Of a stretch of 64,000 nt of DNA, positions 27,854 through 38,500 are shown piece by piece. Position 1 is the stretch's first letter. Each line of letters starts with the position of its first letter. Below the pieces are notes generated by a model, which was not told the origin of the DNA, ran no database searches, and saw nothing but the letters and a program-made list of their open reading frames with translations. The position numbers were made by a program, and so were the translations under genes. Source of the stretch: Nitrososphaeria archaeon (GTDB lineage Archaea; Thermoproteota; Nitrososphaeria; Nitrososphaerales; JANXEG01); assembly GCA_029775915.1 (NCBI GenBank), contig JARVKA010000001.1:98594-162593 (forward strand), given 5' to 3'.

Positions 27854-28858
27854 TTACTTGAATATTAAATTAATATTCATACCAATATTGAGCTCTTTCG
27901 CTCTTTTGTAAACTAAATCGGCTGTAACTGCATCGGTAATAGCGACTCCAGTAGAATCAAAAATAGTGATCTCATCATCAGATACCCTACCCTTCACCTT
28001 TCCAATAACTACATCAGCAAGTTCTCCACAAATATCCTTTTTAGAAAGAATCCCCTTTGTAATAGGAACATTTACTTCACCACTATGAATAGCTTGATCC
28101 ATATCATCAACGATAATTCTAGCTTTCTTTAATATTTCAGGGTCGAGCTCTTGTTTACCAGGTGCATCAGCACCAATCGCATTAATGTGAGTCCCTGCTT
28201 TGATCCATTCTACTTTTACATGAGGCTCTCTAGTAGGCGTGATTGTGATTATCACATCCATACCATCAACCGCTTCACGCTCCGATTCAACAGCTATAAA
28301 TTTAATATTGGGGTATTGAACACTCATCATATTAACGAAATTTACCTTTGCTTTCTCATCTATATCATACACATATACTTCTTCAATTTTAAGAACTTCT
28401 AAAGTTGCTATAAGTTGATAAAATGCTTGTGCACCAGCTCCAATAAGCCCAAGAACTTTAGAATTCTTTCTACTCATATACTTTGTTGCTACACCAGTTG
28501 CAGCACCTGTTCTCATACATGTGATTAAAGTACCGTCCATTATAGATAAGGGGAAGCCTGTCTCAGGATCTATAAGTATGATCGTAGCCATAATACTGGG
28601 TAAATTATACTTTTTATTATTCGGGTGAACATTCACAACTTTAATAGCTGATACATTAATACTCTCAAGAAATGCTGGCATGACCCTTAAATCTCCTCCA
28701 TACTTTTCATAATACAAGTATACTTTTGAAGGGCATTGAACCCTTCCTAAACCTTTTTCCCGAAAAGCCCCTTCAACAACTTTGATAATCTCACACATAT
28801 TAATTATACCCTCAATATCCCTTCTACTCAATAATAAAGTATTTAATTTAAGACTCAA
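27854..28858 (-). CDS. Ornithine cyclodeaminase / mu-crystallin family protein (archaeal alanine dehydrogenase-like)
   Basis: 334 aa. Rossmann motif LGLIGAGAQA at the family-typical position. Confidence 0.75.
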   Translation of the reverse strand: MSLKLNTLLLSRRDIEGIINMCEIIKVVEGAFREKGLGRVQCPSKVYLYYEKYGGDLRVMPAFLESINVSAIKVVNVHPNNKKYNLPSIMATIILIDPETGFPLSIMDGTLITCMRTGAATGVATKYMSRKNSKVLGLIGAGAQAFYQLIATLEVLKIEEVYVYDIDEKAKVNFVNMMSVQYPNIKFIAVESEREAVDGMDVIITITPTREPHVKVEWIKAGTHINAIGADAPGKQELDPEILKKARIIVDDMDQAIHSGEVNVPITKGILSKKDICGELADVVIGKVKGRVSDDEITIFDSTGVAITDAVTADLVYKRAKELNIGMNINLIFK

Positions 28859-28951
28859 TTCCTTAACACAATCTAATCTTTCTTAACAACTTTTTATGAA
28901 TCTTTCCTATATATTGTATAAAATCTTAAAGATTCAAGTAATTTTTTTATT

Positions 28952-30376
28952 TTGATATCTCAATTAACTGTTAAATACTTAATCAAAAATATAATTGTTG
29001 TGATTAACGCGCGAAGATTTTTTGGAACGAATGGTATTAGATTTAAGCCTGGAATCGATTTCAGCTTAGATTTCGTAATAGAAATGAGTGAAGCTATCGG
29101 TACTTATTTCTCTAAAGGCTCTATATTAATTGGATACGATGGTAGAAATACTAGTCCTATGATCGCTAAAGCCGTTATGGCTGGATTGATGAGTGTTGGA
29201 TTACAAGTTGGTGAAGCTGGACTCTCACCCACACCAGCTCTTCAATATGCAATTAGTAAATTGGGTTATAATGGTGGTGTAATGATAACCGCTTCACATA
29301 ATCCGCCTGAGTATAATGGTATTAAGGTTATGGGGCAAGATGGTGTTGAAATTTCAAGGGAAGATGAAGTTAAGATTGAAAGAATCTTTTTAGAAAAAAG
29401 TATGAGAAGAGCTGATTGGCGAACAGTTGGCACTTATCAACAAGAAACTAAAGTTTTAAGCACTTACATTCAAGGCATTCTTTCACAAGTTGATATCGAT
29501 TTGATTAGTAGTAAAAGATTCAAAATTGTGCTCGATTTAGGGAATGGTGTTCAATCGCTCGCTGCTCCTTACATTTTAGAAAAGCTCAATTGCGAAGTCA
29601 TAACGATTAATAGTGATATTAATGGTGAATTTTCTGGAAGGGGTGCTGAGCCTACACTTGAAACATTAATCGGTTTATCTAAAGCGGTTAAAGCATATAA
29701 TGCAGATTTAGGTGTTGGTTACGATGGAGATGGTGATCGAAGCATCTTTTGTGATGAAAATGGTGTGATTTATACAGGTGATCGTAGTGGAGCGGTAATT
29801 ATGGATTATGTTTTATCAAAAAAACCTGGATCTTTGGTAGTCACAACTGTAAGTACTTCACAAATTATCGATTATGTAGCCAATCGGTATGGGTCAAAGG
29901 TTTTGAGAACTAGAGTAGGTAGTGTGGATGTATCAAGGAAAATGATAGAAACTAAAGCTTTATTCGGTATAGAGGAGAATGGAGGTTGCTTTTATGCTCC
30001 TCATATCCCTGTAAGAGACGGTGCTATGTCAACCGCTTTAATGTTAGAATGTATAGCTAAAAGAAATCAAAAGTTTTCAGAACTCATTAAAGATTTGCCT
30101 CAATTTTATCAAAAAAAGACTAAATTCACATGTCCAAATGAGCTTAAAACAAGGGTTATGAATTTGATTGAAAGATATTCTGAGGGAGAGGTTGAGAAGA
30201 TCGATGGTATTAAGTTATGGATTGATAAATCTTCATGGATTCTTTTAAGACCTAGTGGTACAGAGCCTTTAATAAGAGTCTTTGCTGAGTCTGATGATGA
30301 GAAAAAACTTGAGGAGATTATCTCAAGATTTTCATTTATAGTTGAAGATTCCATAAAAAAATGTGGGGGTGGGTGA
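28952..30376 (+). CDS. Phosphohexomutase (phosphoglucomutase/phosphomannomutase/GlmM family)
   Basis: Active-site Ser loop TASHNPPEYNGIK and Mg loop GYDGDGDR. The probable true start is the in-frame GTG at 29000 (VINARRFFGTNGIR). Confidence 0.85.
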   Translation: MISQLTVKYLIKNIIVVINARRFFGTNGIRFKPGIDFSLDFVIEMSEAIGTYFSKGSILIGYDGRNTSPMIAKAVMAGLMSVGLQVGEAGLSPTPALQYAISKLGYNGGVMITASHNPPEYNGIKVMGQDGVEISREDEVKIERIFLEKSMRRADWRTVGTYQQETKVLSTYIQGILSQVDIDLISSKRFKIVLDLGNGVQSLAAPYILEKLNCEVITINSDINGEFSGRGAEPTLETLIGLSKAVKAYNADLGVGYDGDGDRSIFCDENGVIYTGDRSGAVIMDYVLSKKPGSLVVTTVSTSQIIDYVANRYGSKVLRTRVGSVDVSRKMIETKALFGIEENGGCFYAPHIPVRDGAMSTALMLECIAKRNQKFSELIKDLPQFYQKKTKFTCPNELKTRVMNLIERYSEGEVEKIDGIKLWIDKSSWILLRPSGTEPLIRVFAESDDEKKLEEIISRFSFIVEDSIKKCGGG

Positions 30377-30380
30377 AAGA

Positions 30381-30572
30381 TCACTTTATCCCTAAATCGG
30401 GAAACTCTGCTTGCTTCACTCCAAGCTCTTTTTGAAGAGTTCTGATTCTTTCAGCGTAGAGCTTCATTCTTTCGATATCCTTTTGAACTTTAGCAATTTT
30501 GTAAGCTTTCCACGCTTTCTTCAAAGCACCCCAAGTTTGACCTTTTGTATATTGAGGTTGAGACATACTCAA
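30381..30572 (-). CDS. Small basic helical hypothetical protein
   Basis: 63-aa ORF downstream of thiL on the same strand. No motif recognised. Confidence 0.35.
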   Translation of the reverse strand: MSMSQPQYTKGQTWGALKKAWKAYKIAKVQKDIERMKLYAERIRTLQKELGVKQAEFPDLGIK

Positions 30573-30637
30573 TCCCTCTCATTAATATGAAATATGAGAG
30601 AGAAATATAAACTTTTCATTTAATGTGAAGATTATCA

Positions 30638-31606
30638 TTAAGCTAGATGAACCCATCCCTTCCTTAATATTGGCTCTAAGCCTTTTTCACTTAACAATAA
30701 CACCTTTGGAGATCCTTCAATCACTCTACCTATCTCCACGAGTTGAATCGACATTTCTTTAGCTATAAGCATTGCCTCATTAACTCTTTCTTTTGGTAAA
30801 GTGGCTACAATTTCATACTCTTCCCCACCATAAAATACTAAATCTTTAATATCTATACCATATTGGGATGAAAATTGAATTATCGATTCCGTTGTAGGAA
30901 GTTTATCAATCACTATACTTACATTACTTTGTTGGGCAATTTCATATAATGAAATAGCTAATCCATCGCTAGAATCTATCGATGCAGATAAGATTTTTGA
31001 GAGCTTTATGCCCAAATCGAGCCTCGCCTTTGGCATAAGGATTGAGGAGATAGCTTTCTCTTTAAGAGATGAATTCACCTCTAACCCCTCCAATAGAATT
31101 TTTAAACCTAGTGATGAGTAGCCAAATACACCTGAAGAGATCACAACATCACCTGGCTTTGCCCCACTTCTTGGTACAATCCTTTCAGCAAAGCCGAACA
31201 TACAGCAATCGATTATAAGATCATCAGCTTCATTCGTATCACCACCAATTACCTCGATTGAATACTCTTCCTTCGCCATTTTGAAGCCTTTAGCCAACTC
31301 TTCAATATCATTCTGTTTAAACTCTCTCGGTATTCCGATTGAAATAAGAGTTGCTAATGGCCTAACACCTTTAGCTGCAAAATCACTTACACACATCACT
31401 ATACTCTTTCTAGCTGCTTGCCATAACTTCATTTCATTTGGTACATCAGTCTTTCTTACTAGCATATCACACTTTACAACCAATTTACCATCTTTTATTG
31501 GAAAATACGCTACATCATCACCAATCTTTGAGTAATCACCTTTAGGTTGGCCTAAAGTATTGAGAAGAATGTGAATAATTTCAATTTCATTTATACGATT
31601 TGCCAA
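30638..31606 (-). CDS. thiL: Thiamine-monophosphate kinase ThiL (AIR synthase-related family)
   Basis: 322 aa. N-terminal IGDDVAYF metal/ATP motif and PurM-like fold pattern. Confidence 0.7.
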   Translation of the reverse strand: MANRINEIEIIHILLNTLGQPKGDYSKIGDDVAYFPIKDGKLVVKCDMLVRKTDVPNEMKLWQAARKSIVMCVSDFAAKGVRPLATLISIGIPREFKQNDIEELAKGFKMAKEEYSIEVIGGDTNEADDLIIDCCMFGFAERIVPRSGAKPGDVVISSGVFGYSSLGLKILLEGLEVNSSLKEKAISSILMPKARLDLGIKLSKILSASIDSSDGLAISLYEIAQQSNVSIVIDKLPTTESIIQFSSQYGIDIKDLVFYGGEEYEIVATLPKERVNEAMLIAKEMSIQLVEIGRVIEGSPKVLLLSEKGLEPILRKGWVHLA

Positions 31607-31608
31607 AC

Positions 31609-32982
31609 TTAACCTCCTCTTAACCGTTTTAATAACTCTTCAATCTTTGAAGAGTAATATTTAATAAGAGAATCTGCTTCACTTTTACTCTTTGCCTCTA
31701 CAGAAATTCTTAATAAATTTTCAGTATGAGAAGGCCTAATTAAAACCCATGAATCTCTTGATATTGTTAACTTTACACCATCTAATCGATCAACATTAGT
31801 TTCACTTTCAGATAATACTTGAATTACAAACTTTGCTTCTTCTTCCTCACATGGGATACTTTTTCTCAATTGATAGTATTTTGGCAAATCCTTTAAGATA
31901 TTCTCAATACCAAACTCCTTCTCTAATTTTGCGATTAATGCTGAAGCTAATACTCCATCCCTACACCATGAAAAATCGGATAAGATCAATCCACCACTAC
32001 TACCTTCACCACCCAATTTGCACCTTGTCTCCATCATCCCTCTTACCACATTCGCCTCTCCAACTGGTGTATAATGAATTGATCCACCATTACGAATAAC
32101 GATATCTTCAATCATCTTACTAGTGTCTATACTTACAACTACAAGCTTCACTCTCTCACTTTTTAAAATATACCATAATGGTAAAGCAAGTGTATAATCG
32201 GGCTCAAGCTTTATACCTTTCTTATTAACCACAACCAATCGATCAGCATCACAATCATAAGCGAATCCTATATTACAACCTTGATTAATCACCACTTCAG
32301 AAAGATGGGTTAACCCATCTATGGTTGGATCTATTAATCTTGAGAAAAGTCCAGCTATGCCATTAACAACCACAACTGAGCAACCCAAAGCTCGAAATAT
32401 TTGTGGAATGATTTGACATCCAGCCCCTCCACCTGGATCAATAGCAATTTTTAATCCAGAGCATGAACCCTCTCCTATATATGAGACTAAATCTTTAGGG
32501 TAAATCGGTATTGAATGTGAATAATTACCCACTTTGGTAATGCTTTTTTGCAAAGGTGTGGAACAAACTTTTTCTAACTCATCTTTAAATAATCCCCTAC
32601 CTCCTGTTGTAATGAACTTTATCCCATTCCACTCAGGAGGGTTGTGAGAAGCGGTAATCATTATACCACCTGTTAACTTTCTCACAAAAACCTCTCTAAA
32701 GACTGCTGGTGTTGATGTAATGCCTAAATCGTATACATCACAACCTTCAGCTAATAAACCGCTAATAACAGCATTTGCAAGTAATGCTCCAGATCTTCTT
32801 GTATCCCTTCCAACAACATATGCCCCTTTTTTAAAGGAACCGATTCGCCGAGCGAATTCCATAGCATGAATTGGTATAAAATCCTTACCAACTATTCCCC
32901 TTACACCAGACTCTGAAATTATCAATTTCTTCACACTAAATCGAGAGTATTTAATTATTTTAATTCTCTTAAGCCTTACCAT
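31609..32982 (-). CDS. Phosphohexomutase (PGM/PMM/GlmM family), second paralog
   Basis: TASHNPPEWNGIK active-site loop and Mg loop AYDCDADR. 457 aa. Confidence 0.85.
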   Translation of the reverse strand: MVRLKRIKIIKYSRFSVKKLIISESGVRGIVGKDFIPIHAMEFARRIGSFKKGAYVVGRDTRRSGALLANAVISGLLAEGCDVYDLGITSTPAVFREVFVRKLTGGIMITASHNPPEWNGIKFITTGGRGLFKDELEKVCSTPLQKSITKVGNYSHSIPIYPKDLVSYIGEGSCSGLKIAIDPGGGAGCQIIPQIFRALGCSVVVVNGIAGLFSRLIDPTIDGLTHLSEVVINQGCNIGFAYDCDADRLVVVNKKGIKLEPDYTLALPLWYILKSERVKLVVVSIDTSKMIEDIVIRNGGSIHYTPVGEANVVRGMMETRCKLGGEGSSGGLILSDFSWCRDGVLASALIAKLEKEFGIENILKDLPKYYQLRKSIPCEEEEAKFVIQVLSESETNVDRLDGVKLTISRDSWVLIRPSHTENLLRISVEAKSKSEADSLIKYYSSKIEELLKRLRGG

Positions 32983-33062
32983 TTAACCAACGTAGTATGA
33001 AATTTTATTTATAGTTTTTAAACCGAAAAAGGTTTAAGTGTTGCAATGAGTAAATTTTTATG

Positions 33063-33147
33063 GCCCTGGTAGCTCAGTTGGAAGAGCGATCGCCTCGTAT
33101 CAATGAGAGATAGCGATAGGTCGCGGGATCGAGACCCGCCCAGGGCT
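33063..33147 (+). tRNA. tRNA-Thr (anticodon CGU) with 12-nt intron
   Basis: Acceptor GCCCTGG/CCAGGGC. D arm GCTC-AGTTGGAA-GAGC. Anticodon arm ATCGC-CUCGUA[12-nt intron 33100-33111]A-GCGAT. Variable loop AGGTC. T arm GCGGG-ATCGAGA-CCCGC. Discriminator U. Confidence 0.8.
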
Positions 33148-33403
33148 TTGATAATGGATAAATAATTCTACAATTCATTATTAATCTCACATAATTATAA
33201 AGTGGGTAATAAAATGAAAACTATAAGTTCATTATTAAACTGAACGTTATGAATAATTGTTATTAATCTAAATTTAAAAACCATTAATGCTAATTTTTAA
33301 AGTTATGATAAGTAGAATAACTAAAAATATAAATAACGCTTAAAATATTCGAGATGGATAGATAGTAATATTTGTTGAAGTTTAAAATTATACTGCGATA
33401 CCA

Positions 33404-34096
33404 TTGTTATTACAATACGGAGGTTCTCCTATGGGAATCTATTTAATGAATATGTATCGGAGTCCGAATATAGGGATTTATGCAAAAGCTAATGAGCATT
33501 TTATTCTTCTTCCAAAAAGTTTAGCACCGACTAAAATACAAAAGTTTTCATCACTTTTAGGTGTAAAACCTGTTGGAACTTCAATAGGAGGTTCAAGATT
33601 AATAGGCTCTTTAGTTGTTATGAATAGTTATGGTGTACTCGTTTCAAGATTTGCTGATGATGAAGAGATTAATATAATTAAAGAAAATACCAATCTACCA
33701 GTTGAAAGGGTTCCTTTTAAATATACCTCTATAGGGAATCTTATCGCAGCTAATGATTATGGCGCGGTAGTTTCTAAAATTCTTCCAAGATTTGTAAGAG
33801 ATTTAGTAGAGAAAGTTTTGAATGTTCCTACTAAAGCTATGTCTATATCTTCTTATCCCCAAGTTGGTTCTATGATTGTGGCGAGTAATAATGGGGCTGT
33901 AATTCATCCATCAGCTTCTCAATCAGAAATCTTTCAAGTTGCCAATATATTAAAAGTAGATGTTGAGCCTTGTACAGTGAATGGTGGAGTACCTTATGTT
34001 TCTTCTGGTATCTTAGTGAACTCTCGAAATGCTATTGTAGGCACATTAACTAGCGGTTCTGAATTAATGATTTTAAGTCGTGCTTTTAAGCTTTAG
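33404..34096 (+). CDS. eif6: Translation initiation factor 6 (aIF6)
   Basis: SPNIGIYAKANEHFILLP and the pentein-repeat pattern (IGSLVVMNSYGVLV, IGNLIAANDYGAVV, VGSMIVASNNGAVI). The true start is probably the internal Met, MNMYRSPN. Confidence 0.85.
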   Translation: MLLQYGGSPMGIYLMNMYRSPNIGIYAKANEHFILLPKSLAPTKIQKFSSLLGVKPVGTSIGGSRLIGSLVVMNSYGVLVSRFADDEEINIIKENTNLPVERVPFKYTSIGNLIAANDYGAVVSKILPRFVRDLVEKVLNVPTKAMSISSYPQVGSMIVASNNGAVIHPSASQSEIFQVANILKVDVEPCTVNGGVPYVSSGILVNSRNAIVGTLTSGSELMILSRAFKL

Positions 34097-34203
34097 CCAA
34101 TTGATAGAGATATTTAAAGAGATTTATGTAACATTTATTACTCTCCATATCAATTAACAATCAAACTTAAATGGAAGTATCTACTTTCTTGAGGTAGATA
34201 AGC

Positions 34204-34629
34204 TTGAGTGATGAGGAAAAACTGCAATCTTTTATCGCTGAATTAAGAATGATTGAAGCTCAATTGAATGCCTTAAATTCACAAATCTCTATTGTAGCAA
34301 GTGCCATTATGGATAATCGTGCCGCTCTTGAAGCATTAAGAAGTTTGCCAAAAGATAGTGAGTCTGAAGCTTTAACACCAATTGGTGGAGGCATATTCAT
34401 AAAGGCGAATATACCCCCTCCAACCAAATTGGTGGTAAATATAGGTGCCAATACTGCGGTTGAAAAAACTTATGATGAAACTATATCATTTGTTGAGAAT
34501 AGATTAAAAGAATTGGAGAAGATTATATCAACACTCGAGGATCAAAGAATCTCTTATCTTAAAAGAGCGGAAGAACTTCGATTAACTATAAGTAAAATGA
34601 TAGAGGAGATGCAACGTAAGCAGGGCTAA
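34204..34629 (+). CDS. pfdA: Prefoldin alpha subunit
   Basis: 141 aa. Coiled coil, central beta-hairpin region, coiled coil. Conserved position between aIF6 and ftsY. Confidence 0.7.
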   Translation: MSDEEKLQSFIAELRMIEAQLNALNSQISIVASAIMDNRAALEALRSLPKDSESEALTPIGGGIFIKANIPPPTKLVVNIGANTAVEKTYDETISFVENRLKELEKIISTLEDQRISYLKRAEELRLTISKMIEEMQRKQG

Positions 34630-34632
34630 GTT

Positions 34633-35538
34633 ATGTTTGAAAAACTCCGTTCAGCTATTAAATCCTTCACACAAGCTATTAGTGAGCGAACTTTAAGTGA
34701 AGAGGAAGTTGAGAAGATTCTTTGGAATTTAGAAATGGAGCTTTTAGAGAGCGATGTTGCTTTAGAAGTAGCTCATGAATTAATAAATAGGGTTAAGTGT
34801 GAAGTTATAGGTAAAAAACTTGAGCGTGGTACTTCATCAACTGAATATTTAAAAAAATACCTAATGAATACAATTTTCAACATTTTATCTCAAGCAAAAC
34901 CTCCCAATTTAATCGATTTAATTCGAGAGAAAAGAGCTAAAGGCGAACCTTACGTGATTATCTTTTTAGGGATTAATGGTACTGGAAAAACGACTACTAT
35001 AGCGAAACTTGCATACATTTTAAAGGAGAAAGGTTTAACTCCAATTTTAGCTTGTGCTGATACTTACAGAGCTGGTGCTATAGAGCAACTATCTGAGCAT
35101 GCTAAGCGCCTCTCAATTAAGATTATAACTCAAAGGTATGGTGCTGATCCAGCTGCAGTCGCTCGTGATGCCGCATCTTATGCGAAAGCACATAATATCG
35201 ATGTGGTTTTGATAGATACTGCTGGGCGTATGCAAACGAGCAAAAATTTGATGGAAGAGATGAGGAAAATTATTCGTGTTGTAAATCCAGATTTAAAGTT
35301 ATTCATTGGTGATGCTTTAGCTGGGAATGACATGGTTTCTCAAGCGAAAGAATTCCAAACCTTTACAAATTTCGATGCCTCAATTTTAACGAAGGTTGAT
35401 GCTGATGTTAAAGGTGGTGCTGCTCTCTCAATAACCTACATAACAGGTAAGCCTATTCTCTATTTAGGTGTGGGGCAAGCGTATAGTGATTTAATACCTT
35501 TTAATCCAGAAAAATTCGTGAAATCTCTATTTGAATAA
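34633..35538 (+). CDS. ftsY: Signal recognition particle receptor FtsY
   Basis: NG domain motifs: G1 GINGTGKTTT, G3 DTAGR, G4 TKVDAD. 301 aa. Confidence 0.9.
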   Translation: MFEKLRSAIKSFTQAISERTLSEEEVEKILWNLEMELLESDVALEVAHELINRVKCEVIGKKLERGTSSTEYLKKYLMNTIFNILSQAKPPNLIDLIREKRAKGEPYVIIFLGINGTGKTTTIAKLAYILKEKGLTPILACADTYRAGAIEQLSEHAKRLSIKIITQRYGADPAAVARDAASYAKAHNIDVVLIDTAGRMQTSKNLMEEMRKIIRVVNPDLKLFIGDALAGNDMVSQAKEFQTFTNFDASILTKVDADVKGGAALSITYITGKPILYLGVGQAYSDLIPFNPEKFVKSLFE

Positions 35539-35560
35539 TTAGAATTTAATGGCTAAAGGA

Positions 35561-38500
35561 TTAAGACTTTCTTATCTCTAAAATCTCTTGGTAAAGATTT
35601 TTTAAGACTTCATTATAGTCAACTTTTCCTTGCTCTACTAAATCCATTAATCTTTCAAGTTCTCTTGTCGTTTCTTCACAAGTGTACTTTCCAAAATTTT
35701 GATTCAAATACATGTAAACTTTGAAGCCTAAAGGTGTGCTAAAAAGTCTATTCTCACGTTCAATTATGTATCCTCTTTCTAAAATTGTGAGTATTGTTTT
35801 TGCATATGTACTCGGTCTTCCTATAGCTTTCTCACGCATCAAAGCTACCACTTCACCTTGAATGAAAGGTTTAGCCGCTGGTAAGTAAAGAAGCTTTGCG
35901 AATTTCAATGTGTACTCACCTCCTTCTACAGGTTTTTTTAATTTTATTGGCAAGACTTTATTGAAACCTTCATTTATTATACTAACTGGATTCTCAACAA
36001 ATATTTGATTACTATTAATTAAAACTTTGAATTTTTGGTATAAAATTAGTGCTTCTTTCATTTGACTTGCAATGAATCGTTTAAATATTAATTCATATAG
36101 TTGGAAATGATCTTTAGTGAGTATTTTTGGAAATCGTAAAAATGAAATTGCAGTCTTTAACCTTTCTACATCTATCGCTCTTGTTGGTCTTATACACTCA
36201 TGAGCACCTTCCATAAAGTATCTTCGTGGTGAGAAAAGATTCGGATATTTCTCTTGGATGTATTCTTTAGCTATGTTTATACCCATTGTAGAAACGGTTG
36301 TTGCATCAGTTCTATGGTATGTACACAAACCCATTTCAAAAAGATCTTGAGCGATTTTCATTGTTTTAGTGGCTGAAAAACCAAGTTTTATTGAAGCATC
36401 ACGGATTAACATGTCCGTAGTGTAAGGTGGAGGTGGATAAATTGTTCGTTCTTCATTTTCTAAACTCTCTATTTTGGCTTTGAGATCTTTTAGTTGAAGT
36501 GGGTATTTGAAATTCGGATTTTCAATTAAAACCTTTAAACCATTTGAAAGTATAGCTGAAAGAACTTGCTTTTTCCTTCTCGATTCTTTAGTGCGTTCTA
36601 TTATCCAACCTAAAACTGGTGTTTGAACTCTTCCAGCTGAAAGTTTATGGTTTTGGAAACGTTGCCAAAGCTTTTGACTTAATTCAAACCCTATCCATCG
36701 ATCTTCTATGCGACGTATAACTTGTGCTTTTACCATTTCAATGTTTATTACTCTTCTTTCTTTTATAGCTTGAAGGAAAGCCTTCTTTGTTATTTCATGA
36801 AACTCTAACCTTTCAATACGTTTATTTAAAGGGTAAAGTGAGCAATAAACATCATAAGCGATTTTTTCTCCCTCAATATCGGGATCTGTAGCGACAAAAA
36901 TTGTGTTAACTTCAAGAGCGATTTTTCTCATAGCTTTGATTAACTCTTTCTTAGAGTAGTATTGTTGAGCTTTACATTTTGGACAATAATCAAGCCCTGT
37001 GAATTGATCTCCACATTTTTGACATTTTTTAATGAAGTCATATATTGGTACAAAATAATCTTTCTCAACTTTCACACCATGGAAACCTTCATCCAAAACA
37101 AGATCGTAAATATGTCCCATACTCGCTACAATATTAAGTACAAACTCACCAGCATTCACTTCAAAAACAGTTATATTTCCAACTTTTCTTTTGAAAAGTT
37201 TTCCGAAAAATTTTGAAATCGTTCTTGCCTTTGTTGGAGATTCAACGATTAACAAAGCTGTCTTAATAAAATCTTTTAATCTCTTTGAAATTTTTCCTTC
37301 TTTGATATTTCGAATAATTTCCCGATCTTGATCTATACCTTTAAACCATCTCTCAACATCCCTTAGATTAAACTTTATTGGTAAGAATTCACCAAGTATG
37401 AATTTTAACCTCTCCTTAAGTGAGTAAAATGCTTTTTCATCATCAATTATAATAAAGCTTGCACCTCTAGTTATACCACCAGCAAACATTCTAGAAGTTC
37501 TTCCCGAAGCTTGAACATAAGCTATAGGATCTACTACAACCAAAAAGAATTCACCTTCTTTCTGAATTAAGGAAACCTCTTTGCTACTTGATATTTTCCC
37601 AAAAACCTTAGGAGTTATGGCTTTCTTTAAAAAACTTTGAGTATCTAAAATGATTTTTCTAACAAATTCATCAAAACCTTCTAACTGAATTCCTTTTTCT
37701 AATGCATCTTTAACTTTTTCAACAGTTTGTTTACTTATTGGTAAGATTTTGCGGAGAGTATTAATTCTTTGACTTGCTTCGTCTTGAGCTTTTGGTTCGA
37801 GAAACTCCCTAATATTCTTAAGAAGAGTGAGAAGCTTAACTGGATTATACTCTTCCCAACTCAATCGAATTTCAATTCTTGGAATTCCTGTAAAAATCAC
37901 ATAACGAATTCTTTCTGGAAGATCTATACCCCTTGCTAATGGACTTCGGAAACTTGCAACCCCTATAAGTACCTCATACTCACCTTTCTCAAACTTCTCT
38001 AACATCTCCTCCTCATCCATTTTCACATAAGGGTAAGCTTTAACACCATTAGCATTCAAAAACTCACTAAGTTTTAATATGTACTCTTTACCTAAAACTG
38101 AAGGAACAAAAATAAGACATCCGCTACCAAACTTCTTGATAAGAGATAAAACTTGTTCTTTCATCTCTTGTTTAGACTCAATGTAATAATCCTTGATATT
38201 TCTTAAAAATTCAGGCTTAAATCCTATTTGGAAGTTTAAAAGCTCTTCAAAAAGTTTTATTCGCTTGGTTCTCTTTGCTTTAACAGTTGCTCCAGAAACT
38301 ACAAGAAGGCCTATTTTATTTTGACATTTATACTCATTAATTTGATTCCGCAAACTTTCCAACTTCTCAAGAATTGATTGATAAGATTCTCCCATTCTTT
38401 TCAAACGGCTAACTTCTTTTCTTAACTCTATTATTTGGAAAGCTAAATTTATTATCTCATCACTAAAACCTAAAATCTTCATAATTTTATCTATATTCTT

